Below are positions 1 to 12,953 of a stretch of DNA of 64,000 nt, piece after piece; the first letter of the stretch is position 1; every line of letters starts with the position of its first letter. The stretch is from assembly GCA_000004985.1 (NCBI GenBank), contig GG738871.1. One strand, given 5' to 3'. The notes beneath the pieces are model-generated. The model saw only the letters and a list, made by a program, of their open reading frames with translations, ran no database searches and was not told the origin of the DNA. This DNA is from Naegleria gruberi (Eukaryota). Position numbers and translations under genes: made by a program.

Positions 1-87
1 CTTTCCAAAGCATTGGCAAAAGCGATCACGACAGCCACTAATAAAAGGGCTACAATGGTGCTGGTCTTCATTTTTTATTTAAATTTT
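1..87 (-). CDS. 5' end (N-terminus) of a minus-strand gene running off the window. ATG at 87-85 in AAAAAATG context encodes MKTSTIVALLLVAVVIAFANALE, which is signal-peptide-like.
   Basis: Reverse complement of 1-87 gives an in-frame hydrophobic signal-peptide-like N-terminus after an A-rich start context. Partial only. Confidence 0.3.
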
Positions 88-466
88 TTATTCATTTTTC
101 TAAAATATTTTTTGGATAAACAAACGAATATGGACCGGAAGTCTTCATCTCCGGAGTCATGGAAAACAATTAGACAATGCTATTATTATTGTTTAAATGA
201 GTAGCTTTAATGGAGAAAATAATATCTTCTACAGTTTCTTCTATTAAGTGTTAGATAATAAATTTACAGCACGAATTAAATGATGACGATTGATTGACTA
301 CTGTGTTGAATACATTTAAAAATTAAATTTTAATTAGGTTTGTATTTGGATAATATTCAAATTATTAATAGTGTGTTGAATCGTCAAGTCATGTTGGTTC
401 GGATTGAAGAAGAGAAAAAAGCTTATTGCTCCACATTCCATCAACAAGTTTTAATCACATAAAAAA

Positions 467-3400
467 ATGCCTTCAATAAATAATGACAAAATGAATTCAT
501 ACAAGAACTTGAGTGATGAGTCTGATGATTCTGATGACGATTATATTAAAAGGAGAAGAAGGGAAAAATATGCTAGTGATGAAGAGGAAAAACCGATGAG
601 AGATCATAATAATACTCGTAGGGAGTCTCCAAATAGACAACCAAGACAACAACAAAAACATCATCAACAACCTCCAAATTCTCCATCATCAAATTACCAA
701 AAGAGAAAAAGAGGTGATGACGATCATGTCGATTCTCCATCAAATGAATCCTCTCAAAAAAAGAAAAAGACTGACGATGATTGGGACTATGAATCAGATC
801 CAAGACAAAAGATTATTCATCAAATTATTTCAATTTGCGAGTTTAAACCAAGTGATGAATTATACGAAAAATTGAAAGAAGTCTCTACTCGTATTACTAC
901 AGATCTGGAGGATGATTATCAAACTAATATCACTACTATTTCAGATATCCTCATGCAATGGTATGTTTTTAATTTTATATTTTTACTAAATTGAATAGTG
1001 TTGCTGATTTCCCTGTCAAGTCATCTTTATATGCAATTGTAATTGCTCTTATTAATAACAAATTACCAAAATTTGGAGAGCTTTTGGTTAGTTTAACTGT
1101 GGAACATGTCATTCAAAGCCATAATAACAATGATTGGATTCGTGTTAAATCACTCCTAAGATTTATTTGTGAATTGATGCATTTCAAAGTTGTTGCTGAA
1201 TCTGACATTTATCAGATCTTTGATACATTTATTGACTTGTCGGTCAAGAATGCAGAAACTTTAATTGGAATGAATTACATGTATGTCATATTAGGAGCTC
1301 TTCCTTGGGGTATTGAGGCATTCAAAGAAAATTCTATTTATTTATCCGATATTTCATCCAAACTAACAAAATACTTTGAAGTATACAATCAAAACGATTT
1401 TGGATTATATCAAGTTTACAAAGGTCAAAAAGACTGCTTGGGAGCAATGTGGGATCAATTCAAGTATTTCCTGTCTAACCAAACAGAAACAAAGGTAATC
1501 AAGAGTTTATTGAGAGCTCATATAAATGTTACTGAATCAGATTTGAGCGATGGAAGAGCACACAAGCTTGAAATACCTGCTGGTTCTTTAAATGATGTAG
1601 CAACTAAGGACACTGATTTTTCTAAGGGTTATTTATTTAAATCAAGACTAGGACTTTATGAATCTATGATACCAAACTCACTTCATTTACTTTCACCAAT
1701 TGATAGATTAGTAGTGGAGGAGTATATATCAGATTTTCTTTATTTCTTTAATGGATCTCACAGAGATTGTGTTAATCGTTTATATATATGGGCTGGAGAT
1801 CTTGCTACTTTGGCTTTCAAGAAGGATACCTCAGTTTCCTCTCCAAAGAGCATGGAAGAAAAAGAACTTGCTATTTTAAACGATTTAGATCCAAGTGGTG
1901 AATATTTCCAACATATGGCTATGGATATTATTCTAGGTGCTATGTGTTGTCTTCCTGCTCCACCTGTTAAAATTCATTTCTACAATGTAGTTGTAATAGG
2001 ATTGTGCTTGCAGAAATGTACTAAGGATAATTTTTCAAGAGAAATTGTCAAAAAGTACATTAATTATGTATTTGAAAATATTGATGATTTTGATGATGAA
2101 TGTTGTATGCAAAGATTTACATCTTTAATGTCCTATTATTTGAGTCAATTCGATTGTAAATGGTCTTGGGATAAGTGGTCATTCATTTTCAATGATCCAG
2201 ATTCATCAACCAATAAGAGAAGGGAGCAATTTATAAGATTGGTACTCCAAAAAACCTTGCATGTGACTTACATGAATAAGGTCAAAAGATCTATTAAAGG
2301 ATCTTCAAACTTGACAGAAGATAAGTTTGATGATGATTCTAGATATAATGAGGACGAAGATTTGACTGATGTACCTTTTGCTAAATTCTTACCATACTCA
2401 CCAGATGCTACATTTAAGTATACTCCAGATAGTCCTTATCACGCTGACGCTACTAAATTACTTGATGCAATCAAGGGTAAGAAGAAGGATAACACAGAAG
2501 TTATAGAGCTCTTCTCTACTTTAGACTGTAAAGATGATAAGATACTTTTACTGGATATTTTCATTAGTTGTATTTTATCTAATCAAAAGAATCTTACTGA
2601 ATTCAGTGATTTACTGACATACTATAAGGAAGCTATTTCACAACTCATGGATTTTGATGTTTTACCTCAAAGAGTGAATATTATTAGATGTCTTTGGAGG
2701 TATTGGCACAAGTCTCCACAAAGAATTATTCTTTTAATGAAGAAGTTACTTCTCCAACATGACATCATTTCCTGTCAGAGCTTGGCAAATTATTTGTTTA
2801 CCGATAACGAACTATTGTTTTCATATGGTTATTCATGGGATATTCTTAAATCATGTTTGGACACTCAAATAACTAGAGCTTTAAGAGCTTTCGAATATGG
2901 TGATGATTCCACAAGCACAAGTGATACAGTACCAAAGATAAAGAAGGATAATCAACCATCAGATCATTTTGATCTCGATAAGGCTGTTAAAGGTTTGGAT
3001 TCCATGTTTTTTAAAATGCTACTTGGAGAAATACGTGAAACTGTCTACATTATTACTAGGCTCTTGACAGAAAAACTTCTCACCTATGATAATGTCAAAA
3101 GTTGGGAATTTAATCACTTGTACGGATTATTGAAAGAAGTTGCAAGACTTTACCAAGTCTATGTTAAGGATTTACAGGGTTATGTGGAGTCAATTCTTTC
3201 AGAATCAAGCAATACCATTGTCAAGGAACACTTGCTTTCACTCTTCAAGGGTTTGAACTTTTTCAAACATACTAGTGTGTTTGTTCCAGCTGGTTCAAAG
3301 GCAACCACCCCAAGATATGAGAGAAGATTTGATCCAATTCTTCAAACCAAGAATTATACCATATTGGATACTAGACATTCCATTCATGATTTATTAATCC

Positions 3401-3558
3401 AAGAAATTCAACGAGTGGAAAATGAAATTCCTGTAATTATTACCAAAGACCACCCATTGTGTTCACTTCTCCTTCCTCCACTTTCTGACACAAAGAAACC
3501 AGAAACTGTTGATGAGGAAATGAAAAATAACCAAACAACTAGTGGAGAGCAGCAATAA
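467..3558 (+). CDS. NCBP1: Nuclear cap-binding protein subunit 1 (CBP80/NCBP1). Two exons, join(467..960,999..3558), with a 38-nt intron 961..998 (GTATGT...tACTAAAttgaatAG).
   Basis: MIF4G-type helical repeats. The motif FDCKWSWDKWS matches the CBP80 signature FQFRWSWEDWS. An acidic/RS-rich N-terminal exon joins in frame via GT-AG (MQ|C VADFPVK). Confidence 0.8.
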
Positions 3559-3576
3559 ATTTGGCGCCATATTTTT
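3557..3576. promoter_or_regulatory. E2F-like palindromic element AAATTTGGCGCCATATTT. GGCGCC sits at 3563-3568, about 34 bp upstream of the ATG at 3602.
   Basis: T-run/GGCGCC/A-run palindrome. This is 1 of 7 copies in the window, all promoter-proximal. Confidence 0.55.
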
Positions 3577-3601
3577 AAATCAAAAAATTCAAATAAAAAA
3601 A

Positions 3602-5446
3602 ATGCAACAAAACCTTACACAACCTGGAAAACTCTCGCAACTCATTGAAGAATGGAGCAAGAGGGAATTACACCTAACCGAAATACCACAAACATTTTTT
3701 ATAAGAGAAGTGTGTAGAGGAAATATGATTCCGATATGGAAATTTCTGATCACATATGTGCATGATCCGAAAACTGTGGACCATGTTAAAAAGAATTTGA
3801 TGTTGTAAGTAATTGGTGTGATTTCTTATCATACATTGGGAATTAGGAGTGGAAAAAAGGTTCAAAAATCATTGGATGTCGAAAGAAAAAAGAGACAACA
3901 ACTTGTCAAACAAATTGAAGAAGTTAAATCAAGGATAAACGAAATTAAAGCTAAAGGAATACCAAACACTGAATTTGAAATTATGGAACTGAGGAAAAAA
4001 ATCAAAGTACTTCAATCATCTGTACAGAATCAAAAGAAACAGGAAGACCAAACTACAAAAGAAAATTTCTTAGTTAGAGCTTTTGAAGAAAAGTGTAAAT
4101 TTGACACTTCCGTGTTGAGTGAATATAGCCAGAAATTGGCCATATCGTATGACACAATGAAAAGAATTAACAATGTAAATATTAGCGAGGTTAGAAAAAT
4201 AATAGAAGAATTTGTAAATACTTGTGTTAAAACTTTGAGTAAGGAATTGAATATAGATATCAGTGAGATTGATTTTGCTTCCCTAAAAATCAAAGAACTG
4301 CTTACTCCACAGATTTTGGAACATGCTCAAGAAATACTCAAAGAGCAGTCGATATCTATTCGCCACTCGTTTGAGAATTCTCACACTCTTAAGGATGCTG
4401 ACAAGGAGAGGATTCAGCAAATTGAAAATGCATTGGAGGAGGAAAGAAGAAGACATATCACCAGATTTTCAGAAACTCAATCGTATGTTATCAAGACAGT
4501 ACACTATTTTAATTACATTACTAGTTTGTCTAATATCTCTCAAGACCTTAAGATAAAATTTGAAAGGCTAAACGAGGAAATAAGAGAAACAGGACTCACC
4601 ATCTTTGGTGAGAAATCAATTTATGTTGAGGAAATGAGAAAAAATGAAATTGAACTTTCTCAATTCAGAGCAGTACGAGCTGTACTAGAGGATTATATTG
4701 CTTGCCTTACAGAAGAAAGGGAAAAAAGAAAAATTGTAAGACAAAGCCTTCCTGTCAAACAACAAGAAATCAATAGTCTGAGACAAAAACGAATTCAAAA
4801 ATATGACAAGGTTGAGACACTAATTCAAGAAACCAATACATTGGTGAATATTTTGCCTCAGAAACAAGAACAAGTTCATATGTTTTTGCAAGACAGAATA
4901 CCACCAATTACAGAACCATTCGCTAATGTTTTGGAGACATTTGGCAATATTGTTGAAACTGAGTACAATACTGTTTCTAAAATACCATTGGACTATATCA
5001 TACACACAGATTATGGAGAGAAACGATTATTAAGGAAAGATCTTTCGATATTTGCCAGAGAAGAGCTAGGAGGGAAACTGAAAAAAATACTAGACATTTT
5101 AGAATTTCCTGAACATAAGGCGATTGACCATGTTCTTACTCATGCAACAGATATGAAACAAGAGTTGACTGTTCTAGAAAATGAAAGAGAGAATTTGAAA
5201 GAACTAATTGAACATATGCATGCAGTAGAGCAAGGAGTTGATTCATCTGCCATTCAACAGGTTATTGAGGAAAATCATGAACTAGAAAATGCACAGAACG
5301 AACATTGGACTGGTTTGATTGACAGAACAAAAATGGAGATTGAAAATTTCAAAGAGGAAGCAGAGAATGTACACAATTTATCTGAAGTGCTTTTACACAA
5401 TCCAGTTATCCAGAAAATTGACTGGAATTCATTATTAAACAATTAG
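3602..5446 (+). CDS. HAUS5: Augmin/HAUS complex subunit 5-like coiled-coil protein. join(3602..3804,3847..5446), intron 3805..3846 (GTAAGT...AG, 42 nt).
   Basis: N-terminus IWKFLITYVHDPKTVDHVKKNLML matches HAUS5 [24 protein letters not shown]. The remainder is long coiled coil. Both exons lie in the same frame and the intron length is a multiple of 3. Confidence 0.55.
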
Positions 5447-6561
5447 TTGGTTTTTGATTTACCAAAAAACTTCAGTAATTTGAGTAAGATAACAGTTGCA
5501 ATTACTAATGGAAGTGTGAATACTGAAATAATGGTTTTGATAGTACTATCAGTGTTATCTTCGACTGTTGTATTATCCAATTGATTTAAAAAGTCTGTAA
5601 CAGAACTTTCAGTTGGTGTAGAAACAACAGTAGTTGTTGGCTTTCTTATTGGTAATGATGGTAGGGCTCTTGTAGTTGGAGATGGTTTTCTGGCCTCAGT
5701 AGAGACTGAAGTTGTAAGAGTTGGTGAAATTTCAATTTCAGGGGTTCCAGGTGTAAGTTTCAGTTTTCCATCACCACTTGGAGAGGTGGCTTCTTCTTGG
5801 ATTATACGAAGATCTTCTTCGAATTGTTCAAGCAATTTTTGTTCTTCTTGTACTTGTTTTTCCATTTCTTTCATTTGTTGTTTGTTGAAAAGAGCCTTTT
5901 CGTGGAGTTGTGTAAGAGAACACAAAATTAATTTCTTATTCTTTTGAAGGAAAACATCTTCAAATGTGAAAAGCAAATCTACTGGAAATCCATCAACTTT
6001 TCTCAATCCTGCCAAAAACAAAGCCATATTATTCTTGGCATTAAAAAGATAATTACTATTGAAGGCCTTATCACTACTGAGTGAGAATAATTGTTGATCA
6101 AATTGATGGACCTTTTCATAGGCAATATATGTTGGGAAATAGTGTTGCAATAATTTACATAAAACAAGTCCATTTTCTAAATTGTAATAGAAATTACGAG
6201 AGCTTTCCTTCTTGGAAGCAATATCCGGTAATAATGAAGGTGATGATTTTACATCCAAACCACTGTCCTTTTTAGCAAATTTAATTCCTAAACTATTTTC
6301 GATCCAAGTTTGTAATTGTGTTTCAACTTCATGAAATTTATCTTCCTTGATATCACGTAAAGGACTAATATTCATAATAAATGTTTGCGAAAGGGAATCT
6401 GATCTTGTATGAATTGGAGTCATTGGAGAAGAAATATTTGTTAGTAATTTATTCTTTGGACGTAATGGAGTTGGGGTATTGCTATTACTGTCAACATAAT
6501 CAAAATCATCATCCAAAGAAAAGTTTTCATTTCCTCCGAACGTAACGCCTTGTGATGACAT
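5443..6561 (-). CDS. Calponin-homology (CH) domain protein with a coiled coil and a C-terminal tail-anchor TM.
   Basis: Central CH-domain pattern (WIENSLGIKF ... GLVLCKLLQHYFP ... ALFLAGLRKVDG ... LILCSLTQLH). Hydrophobic C-terminus LPLVIATVILLKLLKFF. ATG at 6561 in A-rich context, with an E2F-like site 30 bp upstream. Confidence 0.5.
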   Translation of the reverse strand: MSSQGVTFGGNENFSLDDDFDYVDSNSNTPTPLRPKNKLLTNISSPMTPIHTRSDSLSQTFIMNISPLRDIKEDKFHEVETQLQTWIENSLGIKFAKKDSGLDVKSSPSLLPDIASKKESSRNFYYNLENGLVLCKLLQHYFPTYIAYEKVHQFDQQLFSLSSDKAFNSNYLFNAKNNMALFLAGLRKVDGFPVDLLFTFEDVFLQKNKKLILCSLTQLHEKALFNKQQMKEMEKQVQEEQKLLEQFEEDLRIIQEEATSPSGDGKLKLTPGTPEIEISPTLTTSVSTEARKPSPTTRALPSLPIRKPTTTVVSTPTESSVTDFLNQLDNTTVEDNTDSTIKTIISVFTLPLVIATVILLKLLKFFGKSKTN

Positions 6562-6588
6562 TTTTTAAAGATTTTAAAATCAAATTTA

Positions 6589-6607
6589 TTTTTGGCGCCA
6601 TTTTTTT
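6589..6607. promoter_or_regulatory. E2F-like element TTTTTGGCGCCATTTTTTT (GGCGCC 6594-6599), 33 bp upstream of the minus-strand ATG at 6561.
   Basis: Same palindromic core as the other copies. It lies in the 128-bp spacer between divergent genes. Confidence 0.55.
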
Positions 6608-6740
6608 ATTTAATTAATAATTATTAATAATATTTAATAGTTAAATATTATTCGTGATGGATTCTATCATATGAATTTAAATCGAAGGATTGGAAAACAT
6701 TGAAGTTTTACAATTTCCTTCCGATTATTTAATCAAAAAA

Positions 6741-9700
6741 ATGCAAGCACTTCTACCACTGAGTGAAGCTCTTGGAATTTTGCTCAACACAAAGTTTAAA
6801 CAAGTCACCAATATAAATTCCGATAAACATTCATTGTTTCATGCTTATAGTTCATGGTCCTATTTTGTAAAATCTAAATTGATTTCTGGTGGAGAGAGTA
6901 CTGATTATGAAACAATTTTAAATGACAAACAATACGGAATTATTTTCATCTTGTTGGATAATTTAGTTGAAAAATCGTCAACTCTCAAATATCAACATAG
7001 TTTTCAATTATTGTGTGATTGTTTTTATAATGATGAATCTATTAATGATTTCGTATTTGGATTATTTATTCATATTTTAAAAAAGAAACCTGAAGATGAA
7101 TCTGCTACAAGAATTCAACAATATAAATATTCTATATGTAGATTTATTACAGAGTTCATATTGGAAAAAGAGTTCGAAAAAGAGGATAAACCTAAGTTAT
7201 TAATTGATAGTAATGAAACCATTCTTGATAGATTTGGGGATGACAAGTTGTCTAAATTGATGGAATATCTTTGGATTATTACTCGATACGAAAGTGTAAC
7301 GATGGATGGTAGAAGATTTGCTACAATTTTAACATCATCCTCAAGTGACCTTTTATTAATTTTGGGATATTTACTTTCACAAAATCAGAATGAAATCCTT
7401 TTCAAGCAATTTGAAACATATTTTAAATTAACTAGTGAGTTATTGCATTGGTTTGAAAATCAGAGAGATTTATACACAACCTCTCTCAAATATCTTCACA
7501 GTAGACTGAAAGAGATTTCATCTATTGTGTCAATAGTTAATAATTTAGAGAGAAGTTCCCGAGAGGATGATCAAAATAGGGCAAAAGATGGGCGAAACAT
7601 GTCCCTCAGATCATTTTCCTCTTTTTTAATAATTTATGGATTTTTAATGGTGGAAAATCGTGAACATTTTGAGCATTACATCAAATTTACAACAAAGATT
7701 GAGGGTTCTAGTTCTAAGCATGACTATTTATTTGATTATCTGATGGCTATATTACTGGAGCTTGAAAAAACTGAAAATGAGACAGAAATACTCCACAATT
7801 TAGTATACCTATCAGCAATACTAGGTAAAATGAAAAAGAAAGAACTAAAGAAATATTTGGGAATGAAGGTAAAGGGAGAAAAGGAAACCAAAACACTCTA
7901 TGAAATAATTATACATATTACTAATAACAAACTGGTAAGTATCCATTCTCTTTATTAAACCATTAATACTTGGAATAGTTTAAAATCAATTCGGAAAATA
8001 TTGCGAGAATAACAATTTATTTATATAAGGAAATGGTAAATTATACTGGAGAAACCAATGACAGAGGAGCATTTATTGATATGGTAATGGAAATGCTTGA
8101 AAGTGATGATATTGTTTCTAAGGCAGTCATACTTTTTGTTTCAGATATTATTAGTACTGATAAGAGTCAAATATATTCTATTTTCAAACTAGTTGAATCT
8201 GACAATGAAAAGGCAAAGAAAAATGGACTTGTAATTCTTTCTGAAATATTCAACTCTACCGATATTGATGAAGAGCTTTCTCATACAGTCACTGATTATT
8301 TAATCAATAAGCTTTCATCAGATGATTTATCTATTAGATCGTGTACTGCAACAGTATTTTCGAAATTGGATTTCAAATATATTGCAAACAGAATTATTCC
8401 ACTATATGTCTCAAAGAATGAGAAAGAGAGATCTGCAGCCCATGAAATTTTGACTAAACTAATGGAGAGCAACACTGAAAATCCAAATATTTTCATGAAT
8501 GTTGTAAACTCTATCAAAGATTTACCAATTTATGAGGATCCTAATCCAGATCAAACCAGAAAAAACATTGCAGAACGAGTTATGACATTTATTCCAAAGT
8601 ACTTTGCCCATCTTTCTCCAAATTCTTCAAGACTTTTGGTAGAAGAAATAATCACCACATTTTTTGAATCTAACACCAATTCTCTCTTAGTGTTTATGAT
8701 GAATAAGATTTTGAGTTTTACACTCTCTGTGGAAGCACCTCAAAAGATTCTTTCAAGTGAAGATGAATACATACTGAACAATAAGAAAGATACCTTGTTG
8801 GGCGTTCTTGCAAAAGTGTTGGAAAGGATAAACTGTCCAAAAATAGAGGAAGAAACCATCTTTGATATGCTAGCACCACTACTTGTACTAAAGACTTTAC
8901 CCGTTTCAATATTCTACTACATTCATCCTAATGCAGAGCATGATAAAATATTCACAGAAGTTTTGCTGATAATGATTAGAAATGTGATAGATTTGAGTAA
9001 ACCAGAAGAGGTAAGAAGAGTCTCTGCTGAAGTAGCTTCAAAACTACCACCCAGAATTACAATTTCCTCATTTGTTGCAAGGTTTTCCAACTATTTACAA
9101 AAGAACTCATTGACCAAGGCTAAGTCGGTTTTATTTTGCATTTGTCAAACTATAGCTCTATACGAGGAGGATCCATACTTGTATTCTTTTCTTACTGGCG
9201 AATCTCTCTTAATTCAATCCATTAAGAATGCCTGGAATTTACAATCCAACGATCAAGAATTATCAAAGATACATCAAGGATGTATGGATTGTATGGTTAT
9301 GATTATCAAGTATATGCTGAACTACAGTCACTCTGATGGTAACTTTATTTCAGATAATATTCTCAAACCATTGTCAAATAATTCAGAAAGCATGATGGTT
9401 AGAGTATCCATTTCCAATATCATAACAAAGTGCACCAATGTATTCCCTCTGAAACATTTGCTTTCACTTTCTAGTATGGTTATACCAATTTATTCTAAAG
9501 TTTTACTTTTAAAGAGAGAACCAAATGCTGAAACCTCCCTCTTCTACTGCTCAAGTCTTCAAGCATTGATGAATTTGGTTTTCAAAATCAAGACTGCTGT
9601 TCATCCATATTCCAAATCATTGTTAGAAATTATTTCCAAGTGCTTGTCAGAGTCTGATCCTAACATTCGTCACTTCTCCCTAAAGCTCCTTAGTTCACTA

Positions 9701-9847
9701 CTCTTTGCAAGAGATGATGTACTAGTGGATCATCAAACAATCTTTGAATTTGAAATTTTAAAGAAGGTTAAGGGAATGGCCTCTATTGAATCAAGTTTGG
9801 AAGTTCAAAAGCTTGCCAATGAATTGTGTAAAATAATGGGACTATGA
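6741..9847 (+). CDS. Large ARM/HEAT-like helical-repeat protein of unknown function. join(6741..7934,8030..9847), intron 7935..8029.
   Basis: Two long ORFs joined in frame by GTAAGT...AG. Only the 8030 acceptor preserves the frame. First in-frame ATG is at 6741 (AAAAAAATG). The sequence is alpha-helical, leucine-rich and repeat-like, with no specific family recognised. Confidence 0.45.
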
Positions 9848-9913
9848 GACATTTATTCACTGAATCTCTAATATTTCCCGCCAAATTATTGCTCAAAATA
9901 ACTACATAAAAAA

Positions 9914-11626
9914 ATGTCAGACTCACTCCTCAAAATCAAATTGCAAAACAAGGCAAAGGAACAACAGGAGAAGGCCATTCAAGATAGAAAGAAGGGAATA
10001 TTGGTCTTGATGATAAGACACTTATTTGATAATGGGTTGGTATCACTCTTATTGAAATTGTTAATCATTCTTTAAAGGTATCTTGACACAGCTGAGAGAA
10101 TGCAATCGGAAACAGGAATATCACTCAAAAGGTTTGATGCTGCTGATAATATGGATCTCAATAATATTATGATTGTATGTTTATTTTTGTATAACTGAGT
10201 TCATAATTGTTTAAGGAATTTGAAGAATACTATCAAATGAAATTTATGAAGAAACCAAAACTTTTCCGAAAACTACAATCTGATGCTGATGATACTCCAT
10301 CAAATATACCACCAAGTTCTAAAACAGCTCCATCCTCCTCTGCAACAGCAAAAACATCAAGAGCTGCAAGTGGAAGCTCCTCTTCTTCGGATCAAAAGGA
10401 CAAACCATCAGTAACTTCAAAAACAGCACCATCATCATCTACAAGAAAAACACCTACAACTATTACAGGAGCAAAAACATCAGCTAAGGATAATAAGGAC
10501 ACAAAAGAAGATAATGAGAAACAAAATGAAGGATTTGATATTTCAGGAAAAAAATTGGATACTACAAAACAACAACAACAAAAACAAGAAAAGAAGGAAA
10601 TTACAACCGAGGAAAATGAAGAAGACTATTATGAGGAAAGGTTATTGAAACCTCTACCTGAAAATTTATTCTTTGGTGATATGAGAGAACTTGCAGAAAT
10701 GATTAGAAGAGAAATCATTGTCACTAATCCAATGGTACATTGGGATGATATTTCAGGATTACATTATGCCAAACAAATGGTTAAGGAAGCAGTTGTCATG
10801 CCACTTAAATATCCTCAATTCTTCACAGGATTGATAACACCTTGGAAAGGAGCTTTGTTATTTGGGCCACCAGGTACTGGTAAGGTAAGTTTTTGAGAAT
10901 TGAGTTTAATGTTTTGAAATAATTATTCAGACAATGTTGGCTAAAGCTGTAGCAACCGAGTGTAAAACCACCTTCTTCAATATATCTGCATCCTCAATTG
11001 TGTCAAAATGGAGAGGTGACAGTGAAAAATTAGTCAGAGTACTTTTCCAACTTGCTAGACATCATGCACCTTCTACAATTTTTTTGGACGAATTGGACTC
11101 TATTATGAGTCAAAGAGTTTCAGCCACAGAACATGAAGGTTCGAGAAGAATGAAAACAGAATTATTGATTCAAATGGATGGTCTGTCGAAGAGTAATGAC
11201 CTTGTATTTGTGTTGGCTGCTAGTAACCTTCCTTGGGATTTAGATCAAGCTGTTTTGAGAAGATTGGAAAAGAAAATCCTTGTAGGCTTGCCAGATAAGG
11301 ATTCAAGAAATTCAATATTCAAAAATTGCCTTACTCCTGAAAGAGCCAATTTGACCGAGACTCAATACCAAGATTTAGCCGAGAAAACAGAAGGATATTC
11401 CGGATCTGATATCACACTTGCTTGCAAGGAAAGTGCCATGATTCCTGTAAGAAAAATTTTCAGTCAACTAGAAAAGTTGGATGCAAAAGCAACGAATGCA
11501 GCAGATAAGGTAGTTTTAGATAAGGTAGAAATGAAAGATATCGAATATTCTCTCAATATTATCAAACCCAGCGGAAACCAATATGAAGAGCAATATAATA
11601 AATGGCAACAAAAATTTGGAATTTAA
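9914..11626 (+). CDS. KATNAL2: Katanin p60-like AAA ATPase with an N-terminal LisH motif (KATNAL2-like). join(9914..10035,10078..10174,10216..10884,10931..11626).
   Basis: Walker A GPPGTGK|TMLAKAVA is split by a 46-nt GTAAGT...cAG intron and reconnects perfectly. LisH-like [19 protein letters not shown] in the 5' exons. The AAA core has strong similarity to the katanin/fidgetin subfamily. The S/T/A-rich linker repeats KTAPSSS. Confidence 0.8.
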
Positions 11627-11627
11627 T

Positions 11628-12638
11628 TTACAATCCCTTATTGAAGTAGAAAGTGTTAACCTTTTCTCCCTTTGTGTTAGTAATATTATGGAATTGTGGT
11701 TCCAATTCAGTAGCAGAAACTGGACTGATTTGTGGATAAATACCAATACCCAAAGGCAAGAAAAGACCAATAAATACAGTTAACATGGCCAAGTTAGTCA
11801 ATTGCTTAGACATGGCAGACTTCAAAATACCTCTAGCTTCCAAAGAGTTCATCAAAATTGGTTGAACAATCATACTAGGAGCAATCAAAAGAATTCTTGA
11901 AGTAATTGTTTGAGCAACACCCATTCTACCAGCAACTGCTGACTTTCCGTAAACAGTTCCGTCTTGATCCCAAACTGTGATACCTTGTGTCATTTCTTCT
12001 CTTCTCATCATACCAATGTTCAAAACGTTAGCAACAGCAACAGCTGTGAATGGAACAATACTCAACAATGTACTCTTGAGAACTGGTTGGAAAGTACTTC
12101 TCTTAACCCATTCATTCAAACCAATTGCAGTACCAACTGAAGAAGTGACAGCAACAATATAATTCTTGAATAAAGTAGCATTACTAACTTCATTGGAAGC
12201 ATTACGATTGGCATAATTGACACAAACGTTACAAGTTTGATTGACAGTTTGCCAGAAAATGGTACTAGGAATACTACGAGCACTCAACATACCAGAAACA
12301 ATCAACAAGTTCATAGGAACAAAAGCACTCATACGGAATGCTGGGAAAATTGGTTCCTTAGTATCTGGGTGAATTGATGATTGTTTAAGTTTCATGGCCT
12401 GGTAAATCTTTTCTGGTGCGTATTTTGGTTCACTTTGTAATTTCTTTTCATCGGTTTCTGCTTTATATTCATCCAAAAGAGAGATGGCACCCTTCAAAGT
12501 TGAATTAGTTACCAACAAGGTTCTTGGATCGGTAACATTGAAGAAGTGAACAACTCTTCCCCAGTATGTATCTTGATCGTATCTACTTTTATCAACGTTG
12601 ATTTTAGTAAAGATTTCTGTTGGTGTTGTTGTGCTCAT
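11628..12638 (-). CDS. SFXN: Sideroflexin (mitochondrial tricarboxylate/serine carrier family), single exon.
   Basis: Full-length collinear match to SFXN1: DQDTYWGR..HFF.VTDPR, PMN..I.G.M, C-terminal YFNKGL. Confidence 0.9.
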   Translation of the reverse strand: MSTTTPTEIFTKINVDKSRYDQDTYWGRVVHFFNVTDPRTLLVTNSTLKGAISLLDEYKAETDEKKLQSEPKYAPEKIYQAMKLKQSSIHPDTKEPIFPAFRMSAFVPMNLLIVSGMLSARSIPSTIFWQTVNQTCNVCVNYANRNASNEVSNATLFKNYIVAVTSSVGTAIGLNEWVKRSTFQPVLKSTLLSIVPFTAVAVANVLNIGMMRREEMTQGITVWDQDGTVYGKSAVAGRMGVAQTITSRILLIAPSMIVQPILMNSLEARGILKSAMSKQLTNLAMLTVFIGLFLPLGIGIYPQISPVSATELEPQFHNITNTKGEKVNTFYFNKGL

Positions 12639-12953
12639 TTTTTTGTGTTAAAATTTTAATTTATGAAATTTTTAATTTTTCAAAATTATTCAGCAGGAAG
12701 ATGGTGATGCGGAGATGTGAGAAAGCCGACACAATTTTGAGTGGAACGCTGTTTACAATAATTGATTGGTCTCAGGTCTTTATTTAGTTGAATTATGGGT
12801 CGATTTACAGTTTCTTTGTTGAGGTTATCTTTATATTGAAATTATGATATTCGAAATGAATGAAAATGAATGTTTCATTCGTTTCTGTGAAGCAAAGTGA
12901 AGAGTGAATGAAAAAAGGCTTGAGGAGGAGTTAATACAAATAACTAGAAAAAA

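Noticed and set aside
573-803. Antisense or overlapping short ORFs (for example 573..803, 4030..4293, 8296..8517, 21252..21617, 29645..30172, 41018..41224, 44146..45463 set, 62002..62469)
   Set aside because: They lie opposite or inside well-supported long genes. They have low-complexity or biased composition typical of AT-rich antisense frames and lack start-context or domain support.
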